Part shown: positions 46,326 to 57,852 of the stretch, one piece after another
Layout of the letters: each line of letters starts with the position of its first letter
How positions within the stretch are numbered: position 1 is the first letter of the stretch
From: Candidatus Gastranaerophilales bacterium Zag_111
Lineage (GTDB): Bacteria; Cyanobacteriota; Vampirovibrionia; Gastranaerophilales; Gastranaerophilaceae
Length of the DNA stretch: 64,000 nucleotides
NCBI GenBank assembly: GCA_001899395.1
Contig: MOYD01000024.1
Location: 436 to 64,435 of the forward strand
Direction: 5' to 3'
Program-made: the position numbers and the translations under genes
The notes under the pieces: model-generated
Database searches by the model: none
What the model was told of the DNA's origin: nothing
The model's input: the letters and a program-made list of their open reading frames with translations, nothing else

Positions 46326-47005
46326 TGGGTATTAAATTTAACCGCGCACTTTATAAGTCTGGTAAGACCGCAAAAGTCGGCAAGTATGGTCAGATTGAAC
46401 CAAACCAGACTTGGTTTAACCGTGCAGGTATGGTTGAAGCACAGTGCAAGCTTGATCCAGAAAAGTTTGCTGCTTCTGAATCTGAAGCTGCTACTATCTC
46501 TGCTGACGGTCTAATCGTAGCACAGAATGGTGCTTTTCTAATGGTTGATAAGGCTAATCGTACAGTTACAATTCCTAATGCGGATATGAGTGCTTATGGT
46601 TATCCAATGGGTATTAACTATTCAACCGAAAAAATTTATGATCAGTATGCTCCTATGAGACGTACATTCTGCTTAACAACTGAGGATTGGTTGCCTCGTA
46701 TTGGTTATGTTGAGCCAGGTATGAGAATTACTACCAATACTGTTCAGTGGGATGAAACTACTTATGCAGATTATACATCTACTGATGATTCTTTTGACTT
46801 CTACACTGAAATCAAGGAAACTCTAGAAGCTGGCACTACTGAACCAATTTATGCAGTAGTAACTGACGATTCTGATGGTGAACTAGTAATTGGTGCAGAT
46901 CCTGCTAATGCAATTGGCAATGTATATGCGCAGCTAGTTAAGGCTTATACTAATGCTGATAGAACGTGTTCATTCATGTTCCAGATTATCAACAAGCCTG
47001 AATAA
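46325..47005 (+). CDS. Head protein candidate (decoration or minor capsid), no TAG
   Basis: 226-aa ORF between the scaffold and the major capsid candidate. Confidence 0.4.
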   Translation: MGIKFNRALYKSGKTAKVGKYGQIEPNQTWFNRAGMVEAQCKLDPEKFAASESEAATISADGLIVAQNGAFLMVDKANRTVTIPNADMSAYGYPMGINYSTEKIYDQYAPMRRTFCLTTEDWLPRIGYVEPGMRITTNTVQWDETTYADYTSTDDSFDFYTEIKETLEAGTTEPIYAVVTDDSDGELVIGADPANAIGNVYAQLVKAYTNADRTCSFMFQIINKPE

Positions 47006-47032
47006 TTTTAAAAAGGAGAGGTGAAAAATACA

Positions 47033-48154
47033 ATGGATAAAAATGCAATCCGCGATTTATACGTACACGCATTTAAGGGAACTTCCCCAGACGTGACAAA
47101 GTTTTCTAACACAGACGTTAAGGAAACTCTAAAAGATGAAATTCATGCTATCGCACATGATTATAATTCCTATCGTAGAAATAAGCTCGACCTTTTTGAA
47201 ATTCTTCAGGAAGCTTATGACGATATTATTCCAGATTATGTTGGTTCTTTCGTTGGTTCATTTGCTGAAATTAAAACAGTAGCAAATGGTCAGAAGGCAT
47301 CCTTCATTCGTAAGCGTGGCCGCCGTCGTGCAAAGACATTCATTACTGAAGTAGGTCTTTCAGGCGTTTATGAGAGCTTTAGACTAGATGTTGATACATT
47401 CGAAGTATCTGCTAAGGCTATCGGTGGCGCAGCTTACATTGACTTTGAGCGTTATCTAACTGGTGACGAAGATATTACTGAGTCTACTAACCTATTGCTC
47501 GAAGGCTTGGAAGAAGCAATCTATCGTGAAATTCTAAAGGCTTTGCTTGCTACGGTTAATTCCGCAGATATGCCTGCTGCTAATATGTTCGATGTAACAT
47601 CTTTCGATGCTGAACTAATGGCAAAGGCTTGCACTATTGCTAAGTCTTATGGCGGCGGCTCTGCTGTAATCTTCGCTACACCTGAGTTCGTAGCTAAGAT
47701 GGGTCCAGATGCAATTGGTATGCCAGTATATGGTCCTTATGCACTAACAGCAAATCCAACCGCTGGTTCTGCTGCTGGTTATGCAACTCCTGTATATAGT
47801 CCTAAGGACATTCAGGATATTGCCGCAACTGGTTATATTACTACATTCCGTGGTACTCCAATTGTTCAGTTGCCACAGTCCTTCGTTGATGAAGATAACG
47901 ATACTTATCAAGTACCTCCTTCAATCGCTTATGTATTCCCGACTGGTCAGGAAAAGATTGTTAAGGTAGTATTTGAAGGTCCAACTCAGATTGATGATTG
48001 GCAGCACCGTGATCGTAGCTTCGAGGTTGAAGTATATAAGAAAGTCGGTGTAGCAATTCTGTCTACAAACAACTGGTGTATTTATAGAAACCGCGAGCTT
48101 GAAACTACAGAATATGCTATTCAAGATGAATTTAAGGAAATTCTCGATATCTGA
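47033..48154 (+). CDS. Major capsid protein candidate, no TAG
   Basis: 373 aa, follows the scaffold, followed by a strong terminator. Assigned by position and size only. Confidence 0.55.
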   Translation: MDKNAIRDLYVHAFKGTSPDVTKFSNTDVKETLKDEIHAIAHDYNSYRRNKLDLFEILQEAYDDIIPDYVGSFVGSFAEIKTVANGQKASFIRKRGRRRAKTFITEVGLSGVYESFRLDVDTFEVSAKAIGGAAYIDFERYLTGDEDITESTNLLLEGLEEAIYREILKALLATVNSADMPAANMFDVTSFDAELMAKACTIAKSYGGGSAVIFATPEFVAKMGPDAIGMPVYGPYALTANPTAGSAAGYATPVYSPKDIQDIAATGYITTFRGTPIVQLPQSFVDEDNDTYQVPPSIAYVFPTGQEKIVKVVFEGPTQIDDWQHRDRSFEVEVYKKVGVAILSTNNWCIYRNRELETTEYAIQDEFKEILDI

Positions 48155-48181
48155 GGGAATTGATTAATTTAATAAATTAAG

Positions 48182-48219
48182 GGCGGTGAGTGAGTTCTGC
48201 TCACTTGCCGCCATTTTAT
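48182..48219 (+). terminator. Strong rho-independent terminator after the capsid gene
   Basis: 13-bp stem GGCGGTGAGTGAG/CTCACTTGCCGCC followed by ATTTTATT. Confidence 0.75.
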
Positions 48220-48244
48220 TAAACGAGTTAAAGGAGGAATTACA

Positions 48245-48781
48245 TTGTCAGATAGACTAGTTAAAATAAAGAGTACAGCAAATAGTACAGTCGCAGTTTC
48301 AGATCCTAATCTTAATATTCGTAGAATTTGGACAGCGAGAGGAATGGAACACGCTATTCCTTTTGATACGGTTGAGCAACTATTGTGGTCAACGGGCTTT
48401 AGAAATATGTTAGAGAGCGGCACACTTTATATTGATAATATGCAAGACAAGATTGATTTAGGTCTTGAGCCACAAGGTACAACAGAACCAACTAATTATA
48501 AGGTTCTTAATAATTCTCAAATGTTGACGCTGTTAAAGATTAGAACTCCTGAAGAGTTTGAAAAAGAAATTAAAACTTATCCAATTGAACAGATTAATAT
48601 TCTAATTCAATATGCTGTTGCGAATGAAATTGCAGAACCTCAAAAGGTAGCAATTTTGAAAGAAATTACTGGCAAAGATATTGTAAAATTAATTGCTCGT
48701 AAGCACGAAATGGCAGAAGCGGATAAGATTCAAAAAGAGAAAGAAGCTGCATATGCTCGTGAGGATGGGCGCAGAGTCTAA
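48245..48781 (+). CDS. Hypothetical late protein
   Basis: TTG start after AGGAGG. 178 aa, no TAG. Confidence 0.55.
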   Translation: MSDRLVKIKSTANSTVAVSDPNLNIRRIWTARGMEHAIPFDTVEQLLWSTGFRNMLESGTLYIDNMQDKIDLGLEPQGTTEPTNYKVLNNSQMLTLLKIRTPEEFEKEIKTYPIEQINILIQYAVANEIAEPQKVAILKEITGKDIVKLIARKHEMAEADKIQKEKEAAYAREDGRRV

Positions 48782-48795
48782 GAGAGGTGAAGCAG

Positions 48796-49272
48796 ATGGT
48801 TCGCTTAATGGATGTTTATGATGCCTTTCTTGCAAAAGTTAATGAAGACGATTGGTCACGTTGTTACTCAAAAGAGGACTTAGACTGGTTTCTAAAAGAT
48901 TGGCGGGCGTTCTTAAATTCTGCACTTCCTTATTTTAGATTCCCACGGTGTAGTTTAGAAATTGATGAGAAAAATCAACGTTTCATAGATGATAAAATGA
49001 GCCAAGATGAAATTCAAGTTCTTGCAGTTTTTATGAAATAGGAATGGTTAAAAAGAACAGTTGATAGTTGGGAAAATATTAAAACACAATATGATGAATC
49101 TGATTTTTCTTAGGCAAATCTACTTAGCAATTTCATGGACTTAAAAGATTAGGTCACGGAAGAAGCAAGAAAAGTAGAAGCTATATACTACCGCTCAATT
49201 GAAAAACAGCCTTTTAAGTATCGCCGATTGGCAGGAGGTGGCGGGAAACGTGACAGAAGAATACGCCGCTAA
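48796..49272 (+). CDS. Head-tail connector/adaptor candidate, 3 in-frame TAG
   Basis: ORF 48787..49041 continues in frame through TAGs at 49039, 49111 and 49150 to TAA 49270. Confidence 0.45.
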
Positions 49273-49528
49273 ACGCCGTGAGATATTAAAAAATCGGCTT
49301 TATGGACTTCTTTGTGAGAAGGAAAAAGATGGAACATGGGAAGAATTCCTTGATAATATTCTTATAGACTTGTATAAGTTTAATGGCGAGAAAGATGAGA
49401 TTTATAAATATCAATTGTTGATTAATAAACTTAATGCTTGCCGCTATTTATCTTATAAGTTCTATAGAAAGAACATTTTTGAATGTATGAATATGGTAGA
49501 CGAGATGAGCGCCGATGAGTTATTTTGA
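49250..49528 (+). CDS. Hypothetical late protein
   Basis: GTG start after GGAGG (start uncertain; the ORF is open from 49199). Confidence 0.45.
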   Translation: MTEEYAAKRREILKNRLYGLLCEKEKDGTWEEFLDNILIDLYKFNGEKDEIYKYQLLINKLNACRYLSYKFYRKNIFECMNMVDEMSADELF

Positions 49529-50243
49529 AGATGTTTATTTAAAGAGAATGAATAAGGATGGAACCACGATTCAAGAGAGAGCCAAAACAAGGAAGGAGCA
49601 TGAATTTGACGAACCCTTTTTAAAAAAGACCAAATATCAAGGTTTGATTTATTAGATTGATGATTCGACGGCGAACATTGTATGTTCATTATAGCCGAAC
49701 AAATGGAATGAGGATTAGATGCTATCTAATATACTCGTTTCTACAAAAGCTAATAAACTTAATACTGGTGATATTTTACATATATATTAGAAAGTAAAAG
49801 ACAATGAGCAAGATAAACAATGGCTTATTGTCTATGTGGATGATGATATAACACATGGATACCAGGGCTATAAAGCAATTTGTTTAGATGAAACAATGAA
49901 CTATACAGATGAATATGGACAAACGTTAGAATTAGTACCTGTAAAATTTGTAAGTGCTACTGCTACTTTTGTTCAAGATAAATTTTCATCTTATGGCAGT
50001 GTTTCATATAGAGAGCCAAAAGCCGATAGAAAAATGATAACCAAAGATTTTGATTTCTTAAAGAAAGGAATTTACTTTGATTATAAGAACAGAGGATGGG
50101 AGATTGTCGGTTTTGATAATGTAAGCATTGATGGAGTCGCTTATGTTTCAATTTCCGAAAAGCTAGTAACAGAACCTGAGCCTAATACCTCAGAGAATAT
50201 ACTAGTGGGAGAAGATGAGAATTTCTTCTTGAATAATAGATGA
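49515..50243 (+). CDS. Hypothetical structural protein, 4 in-frame TAG
   Basis: ATG 49515. The frame runs into ORF 49836..50243 with only TAG interruptions. Confidence 0.55.
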
Positions 50244-50256
50244 GAGGTGGCGGCAG

Positions 50257-50754
50257 TTGGAATCAATAGTTAATTATGGTCAAGAGATTGGACCAAACTT
50301 AATTAAAATTTGTAAGAAGCTATTAAATAATTAGAATTTATGTAAATTATTAGTAAACACGGACTTAGATCCAATAAATCCAAAATTACATTAGGATATT
50401 GAAGATCCCATGACGTTGTTCGGAACGAACATACGAGTTATACCTCTAGTTACTAATGATGATGAGACGACAACGAGCAAATTAGTTCTAATTTTTGCTG
50501 ATGGCTCGCCTTCAGATAATTATAGTAACGAAAACTTAAGTTTACTAATTTATATCTATTCGCCGTTTAAGGAATGGCAGATTACTGGTGATTAGCTTCG
50601 ACCTTTTGCTATTATGTCAGAAATCCGAAAGAGCTTATAGGATAAACGAATTAATGGACTTGGAGAAATCAGATACGAGGGGTTTGATATTTCATCATTA
50701 ACTGACCAAATGGGCAGTTACTTAATGAGGTTTCGTATCAATGCTTTCAGCTAA
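50257..50754 (+). CDS. Hypothetical structural protein, 4 in-frame TAG
   Basis: TTG start 6 nt after GAGGTGG. Same frame as ORF 50410..50595. TAA stop at 50752. Confidence 0.5.
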
Positions 50755-51490
50755 TTAGATTGCTGTGGTAAAAGAACAAGCTTATGCTGGATATCCATCG
50801 AAGTTTAGAAATATTTGCTATGTTAAGCCTTGTTTAATGAGTGAGTTCTTATAGATGGGTAGTGATGAATATAATTCACGGCTTGGTTTGTTATTACTAA
50901 CTGAAGACGAAATTGCTAAAATAGTGAAAACAAAAACAGGATAGAATGTTCCCCTTGAAGAGATCCATGTGTTATCATATTTACTTTAGAGTGCGAATGC
51001 AAGCAATGCATTTTTATTGGAACTCTAGAAGGCTTTTTCTACATTCATAACAGAAGATGTACTGTTGTTACCAAAAATTAATTCGGTGTTGGTCGGTCCG
51101 ATGTCGGAAAAGCGATTGATTACGGAGGAAAACTTTGGCGACTTCTAGACGATTCTGAGAATTCAAAACAGGAAGGAAGTTCCTGAACCACCTCCCGAAA
51201 ACGAGTCAGCAGTTGCTAGAAAAATGAGGTTATTACGTGAGTAGCGTGATGCTGTAAAGAGAAAGCAACAGTAGAAGGAAGGTAAAGGTTAGGATTTGGT
51301 TGATTTGTTAGAAATCGCCGAGACTTTTGGTGTTGATTATAAATAGAAATCAATTTATGCCTTCTATGGATTAATTAGGCGGCATTAGTTGAAAGAAAAA
51401 TGGGATTAGGATATTATGATGATGTGTGCTGGCGCAGATTCTAAGAAACTAAAACCGAAATATTGGGCAGAAGATCCCGATAAAACTTGA
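50741..51490 (+). CDS. Hypothetical late protein, 12 in-frame TAG in 249 codons
   Basis: Frame is open from ATG 50741 to TGA 51488 with only TAG interruptions. The translation looks protein-like (..EDEIAKIVKTKTG..PEPPPENES..). Confidence 0.5.
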
Positions 51491-51516
51491 AAATTTAATA
51501 AAGGAGGTTGATGATT

Positions 51517-54500
51517 ATGGCACAAAACCTTTTTGAAAAATACGGCATTAAGGAAGTTGCTGATGTGTGGCTTTCTCGTATTGAACGGAAAGAAGAAACT
51601 TATGAATCTCAAAGAAAGATTCCTGTATCTTCTATTCTAAAAAGCGCATTGACCTTAGAGACTGTTTATCCTCTTGATACAGATGGTAAGGGTGCAGATG
51701 AGGGCTATGAAGCTTATGTGTTTAAGGATGCCGATGTGCTGACTCATTATAATTATGATTGTGATGATGAAGTTACGGTTATTGGTAAGGGTTATGTTCT
51801 TGATGTTCCAGGCGAGGAACCAGAAGCTCAAACTGATGCTGATACTGGTGAAGTAATTAGTGATTATCCTACTAAAGCTGAAAGCTATTATTCAGACTCA
51901 GATGCTTTTACAGAAGCTTATACCAATAGTATTTTGACAATTAATTCTGCTTATGATAAAAATTCATTAAGAAATATTCTTTCTTCTGTTAAAGCTTACT
52001 TAGCTGGTACAGATTATGAAATCAGTGAAGTTACAATTTCAGATGTTACGATTTCTAATAGTTATAATACTTCTAGTACTTTAGATGGTAATGCTAGTGT
52101 AGATGGATCAACTTTAATTACTTATGTATCATATCTAAAGTCCGCATATAGTGATGCTACAACTTTAGACACTCAGGGGAATGAAGTTTCTTATCCCCCA
52201 GAAATCTATTTTACGGTTGCAAAATCTGATGCTTACAACTGGGTAGCAGTAAGAGCTGCTATTGCAGAGTATCTATTATCTATTGACGCAAGCGAAGGTT
52301 ATGGTATCGATATTGATGAAACGGACGTTTATGGAATTTATACTGTTCCTAAATCTACAACTGAAGAATCTACTTCTACAGCCCTGACAACTGTTGATGT
52401 TTCAGCTATTAATATTGATTTTACCTATACAGACGGCGATGGTAATTCAATTAGTGTGAATTTGTCATATAGTGATGAAGAATATCTATCGGTTGCTTTG
52501 CCTACAAGTGTTGTAGAATATTTGACTGGTGCATCAGCTACTGAACCTGATGCAGAAGATGTTGTTGCGGCACTAGAAATTCTTTATAATACAGATGGTG
52601 TTACAGTAACTCCTGAGGATGTGACAGATTCAGAAAATTAGACACTTTCAGAAGATTACGAAGATGGCGATGAACTATCGATTGATTTTTCATATATAGA
52701 AGGCTTTAATTATACTATCGTTCCTATGGATGATGATAGCTATGAAAGTGGTACTTTTATCCTTACTATCGTTCTATATCCGATTTATAGCTTTAATTAT
52801 GAGATTGTTTTTGCGTCTGCCGAAGAAGCTCTTACGGGTATTTTTGATGTAACTACTGAATCACCTGATAACGCAACTGGAAATACAGGTCATTACGTAA
52901 CCGATCCAGATTATGCAGATCAAGGTACTCATGAATTCACCTATGCAGAACAAGTTTGCTTAATCTTTGCAAAAGCACAGAATCTAATTACTAAACGTGG
53001 TACTCGTTATCAGTTTACCGATGCAAACACCACCTTTAGTGACATTGAATTCAGTGATGAATTTGCAGCGGCACCTAACTCTTCAGAAAGAGTTGTGGTT
53101 GCTGGTTTAGCAGATAAAATTTCTGAAAATCTATATGATTTGGATGAAATTAATGAATACATTAAAACTCAACTAACTGATACAATTGATGCGAAAGCTT
53201 ATGATATTGTATATACCGATTATGCAGAGCTTGTTGTTGAGGATGAGATGGGTTACTATTTACCACAGCAACTTGGTACTTACAATAGAACAACTAAGAA
53301 AATGGAATTCTTTGGTGATGGCGGCTATACTGCATATGCAACTGCACTAAAGGGTGTAGATATTGGTATTAGTACGGCAGTTAGTACTTGGGGTAATGAT
53401 AAGCATTATAGTATTAATGACGCAATTGACGCTTTGAAGCAAGAAAAACGAGTTATCGATGGCGAAGTTGATCTTGGTACTGTTGGATTTGAAAGAATCT
53501 TTGGCGGCTACAAGGTACTTGGTGCTGATGATGGCGAGAAAGAAAAAGCTGGTCTACCATTCAATGATGGACAGGGCGTTTATGGATACGAAGTTAATGG
53601 CGAAGCAGTAACAAGTGTAATTGATGATTCTGCTGTATATAGCGGTTATCCTCTTGATTCTGTACTAGAAGCAATTGCATCTATGGAATCTCAGATTGAG
53701 GGGGCGCACTTACGTGTTAATAATGACTTCTTAATTCAGTCCAATAGAGCAATTTACGTTGATGCAGCATCTGCTTCTACATCTGCGCGCGCTCATATTT
53801 ACTTGCTAAGAAATATCAATGCTAAGAAACTTACATCTGATTCTGCTGGTATTTTCGAATTCTATGATAAGAAGGGCAATAAGCTTCATTATCAAGATAG
53901 AATCTTTGCTGGCACAGAATATCTAGCACTTGTTACCATTGGTCAGTCTGGTCTAATCTTTGTTGTTGAAAGACACGGAACAAAGAATATTGATAAGATC
54001 GCTTGGATGGTAAGTGACGGTGGCTTCTTAACAAATAAACAAGCTGAGAAGATTGTTGCTAATGGTCTAATCCATACAGTAGATGTTACAGTATGTGACG
54101 AATCCTTTGATGCAACTTGCACAGTAGGTTCTATCAAGATTCGTAAGACCAAGAAGAGCGTTCTTCACTATGTTCCAGTTCTTTATTTAGATACTCTTAA
54201 GGTTAGTACAATTGAGCAAGCCGCTGAAACAGTAGATGCTACTGGTGGTCGTGGCAATGCTAAACTAATTACTTGGGACTTCAGTAAAGAAATCACACTA
54301 TCTATTGAAGATGCATTATTTACACCAGCATCTATGGCTGCTATTTGGGGCGGCGAACATGGTGATGTTAAGAATGGCGTTAAGGATACACATCACATTG
54401 ATAGAATGGAAAAGATCACTGCTAAGAGAAGCTTCATTGTACCAGCAGGTAATAGCCTAGGTACTCCTACTGAAGGCGATATTACTGCTCAGGCTGTTTA

Positions 54501-55565
54501 CTATGATCCTCAGACAATGGAACCATTCCAAGATGGTACTCCAATTGCAGAGGGCGAAGTGATTTATAAGTTTACACGTTCTGTAGCTTATGATGATAAT
54601 AGTATTGGTAATACAATTGAAATTTCTGCGGAGAAATTCCCTGGTACTTATCGTGTAGTAGGCGAGACTTATGTACGTGATAAGAAGACTGGTGAAGATC
54701 AGAGATTCCAGTTCGTTATTCCAGAGGCTAAACATTTGGTCGCTTAAGTGGAAACATTTAAGGCAATAATTAATTAATTGCTGGGAAAACTTAGGTCAAA
54801 TAAACCACAACGCAGTCAGGAATGGCATTCGTGAAGGTTTGAAAATTATTTGATAGTAGAGTTAATCAGCAGCGCGGCGACAGCAATCGCAACGTTCAAC
54901 GACTATTCCGAGAGGAAGTAGAGGTTAAGTAATCTCGAAATATTAAATACCTGAAAAGGTAAAGATATAGTCTTATCATTTGCGGTGACGCAAAGTTCTA
55001 GACAAAGTAATACGAATACTTTGAAAAAATAAATGAAAATGTCAGCAGAAGATACATCCATTACGCTTGAAGCGGATGGAGATCCAGTCGTAAACAGTAA
55101 AATCAAATGCGACTGTAAAATTGCTTAATTGCTGGGAACTCCTTAGAGCTAATAAAACTACAACATAATCTGAAAAGATAAGTGTGAATGTTAAAAATTT
55201 ATTAGATTGGACAATCAGCAGCGTAGTACCTTAAAGGGTAAACGTTCAACGACTATTCCGTAAGGAAGTAGAAGTTAAATAACTTCGATGTGACAATTAC
55301 TGAAAAGTAAAGATATAGTCTGAACTTCTATTGAAAGATAGAGATATAACAAAATTGGTTTGACTTTACAATGGATGTCCTTCGTCCAGACGATGGCGTA
55401 ATGATGAAGTTCATTCAGTTTGATACAGTAGAAAACGAAGAAGAGAACGATGGTTCTACAATGGTTAAGGATACTGAAAACCTCAACCTACTTGACGATG
55501 CAGAAATGTATAAGATTAGTAGTGATACAGAGGAAGACCTAGCTATTGGTGCTACTGAATATTAA
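51517..55565 (+). CDS. Structural paralog 1 (1158 aa), exons 51517..54729, 55036..55091, 55358..55565, 1 in-frame TAG
   Basis: N-terminal MAQNLFEKYGIKEVADV plus VLYLDTLKVST..LITWDFSKEITLSIEDAL. C-terminal GETYVRDKKTGEDQRFQF..ITLEADGDP..GVMMKF is restored only after removing two introns. Confidence 0.7.
54730..55035 (+). ncRNA. Group I intron (paralog-1 intron 1, ORF-less)
   Basis: Core TTGCTGGGAAAA..AATCAGCAGCG..GTTCAACGACTATTCCG..GGAAGTAG..GATATAGTC. Starts AAACA like intron 2. Boundaries come from frame and paralog alignment. P1 is weak, so allow a few nt of error. Confidence 0.65.
55092..55357 (+). ncRNA. Group I intron (paralog-1 intron 2, ORF-less)
   Basis: P1 CAGTCGT/GCGACTG with U-G at the splice site. 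P10 GTTTGA/TCAAAT. Same core as intron 1. Terminal G at 55357. Frame restored. Confidence 0.8.
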
Positions 55566-55668
55566 TAGATATAAAATAAGGTAAAATGGTAAGTTGCAGC
55601 CATTGGCGATCTAATGGTCCAATGGCTGCTTTTACTTATCATAATTAAATACGGAGGTGAATGGAATA

Positions 55669-57837
55669 ATGAATTTATTTGATCAATATGGTATTAAAGA
55701 AGTCGCTGACGTAACAATCTATAGTATTCATAAGAAAGAAGATGGTAGCGGCGAAACATATTATATGCCAGCCTTGTATCTTGATACTTTAAAAGTTACT
55801 ACAACTGAAAAGACTGCTGAAAATACTTGGGCACAGGGCGGCCTAGGCAATTCTCGTTTGATTTCTTGGGATTATTCAAAGGAAATTAATATGACTCTTG
55901 AAGATGCTCTTTGTACTCCTGCTTCACTTGGTCTATGCTGGGGCGGCGTATTGAGTTCTGATTGGAAAGATGCGCAAGTTAATCACCAGTATGGAATTAC
56001 TGATAGTGGTTGTGGCACTGAAAGAATTTCAAGAATGGAAAAATGCTTCTATCCTAGAAATGATATGGCAAATGCTACTGTTAGTTCTTTACTCCCTCGT
56101 GATGGAAAAGAAGACATTGCAGAAGATTGGAATGGCGATTTAGCTTACTTAACTCGTTCTTCTGTTCTTGATGGTACAGTAGTAAAAGGTTTTGGTTATG
56201 TAGATAGTCATCCTTATAAATGGCATTTAGAGATTGAAACTGCTGTTAAGTCTGTGGCTGTAGTTCCAGATAGATTCTATTCTACTCTTGGAAAAGGATA
56301 TCCGATTAAGAAATTCCAGACTGTAGGGATTAATCAGCCCTCAGAGTCTTTTAAATATGAGATAATTTATAGACGTGGTGCAGATAACTATCCTTTTGAA
56401 GCTCCAAAAGCTAAAATTATTTATAATAGACAAGCAGCAGAAGAAGGAGAAAAAACCTTAGCCTGCTGGGATCAACTTGAAGCAATTTCTATGTTAGATG
56501 ATATGGTAACATATCCTTTCTTAAAGATCAGGGTTTGTCTTGACGGTTCAATTAAAGCATATCTTGGTACTGAATCTGTTGATTGGGATTTGGAACGTAC
56601 CATTGACGAAACTGTAGCTGATGCTGATAAATACTGGGTAGAAAATCCATATATTAATACTGAGCAATTTAGATATATTGATATGTGGGAACGATTTGAT
56701 AGCATTAATGCTCTTTCTTATTATTTAATTACTAAATATGAGGAGAATATTTATTCTATTGGTCCGAAAGATATTAAACCAGGTATCCCATTAAATACAT
56801 ATACTGGAATTACCTATTATACCGTACCATCAGGCAGTTATAGTTTTGTAATAAAAGAAGGACAGGTTGTTAATATAGAAGTGTATGATTATGGTACTGA
56901 TTCAGATACAATGGATGAAACAACAGCAAATGATGTTATTAATAAAGTTCCTGAAGATTTAACAGTTACCTTCACGTTGACAGAAGATTTGAATGTTCCA
57001 GCGAACAGTGAGAAAGAAGCTATATATATTGCATTTTTGTATGCATATGGTGCCGTAGATATTGAGAGCGTAACTGATGATTCTAATATTACTTATTATA
57101 CGATTACTAAAAACTCTAGTGCAGATAACTGCGTAGTAGATAGTACATCTGAAGAAGTGACTTACAATGTTGGCGTTTTATCTGTTTAGTTTAATGAGAT
57201 TGATAGTAGTAGCATTACAACCACGGGTGTCACACAAACAAACGTTAGAGCAGGTGACGCGCATGTTGGATTAGGCGACCCAAGCAATCCTACAAATGGT
57301 GTAGTTGGCTTAGATTATGACTTAACAGATTCAAACCTCGCTATTGATAGTGGAACCTGTGTTCCGTGTTGTAAGAAAGCTAATTTAAGTCGTGCAATTT
57401 GGGCATATGTAAATCCTAGAACAATGTCTCCTTATGATGATGATTATTGGTTCCATCAAGGTGAGCCATATCTTAAGAAATCACTATCATTAAGTGCTAA
57501 GAATTCTAAGCTCAAAGCTCAGAAAATTGTTGTCAACACTGGAGAGTTCCCTGGCATGTATAAGATTGTAGGTGAGACTTATATTAGATCTCGTGAAACA
57601 GGTGAGGATGAACGTGTTCAACTATCATTCCCATTATGTAAAATTAAGTCTGACCAAACACTAACGCTTGAAGCAGATGGTGACCCAACAACCTTTAATC
57701 TAGATGTTGAAGTTGCTGTGCCGCCAAATGGTGTTGCAATGGAAATTACATTTTACGATGTTGAAAAGGAAATGACTTCAAGTTGCAATGGTAGTAGAGT
57801 TGAAAAGGATGGTTCAACACGAGTAAGTGCGCAGTAA
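55669..57837 (+). CDS. Structural paralog 2 (722 aa), 1 in-frame TAG
   Basis: MNLFDQYGIKEVADV.. and ..GETYIRSRETGEDERVQ..LEADGDPTTF. ORFs 55657..57189 and 57424..57837 share a frame. Confidence 0.7.
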
Positions 57838-57852
57838 GGGAGGTGACGTTAG

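Noticed and set aside
54903-55106. Minus-strand ORF inside the twin-intron region
   Set aside because: It is antisense to the intron core and micro-exon and shows no motifs.
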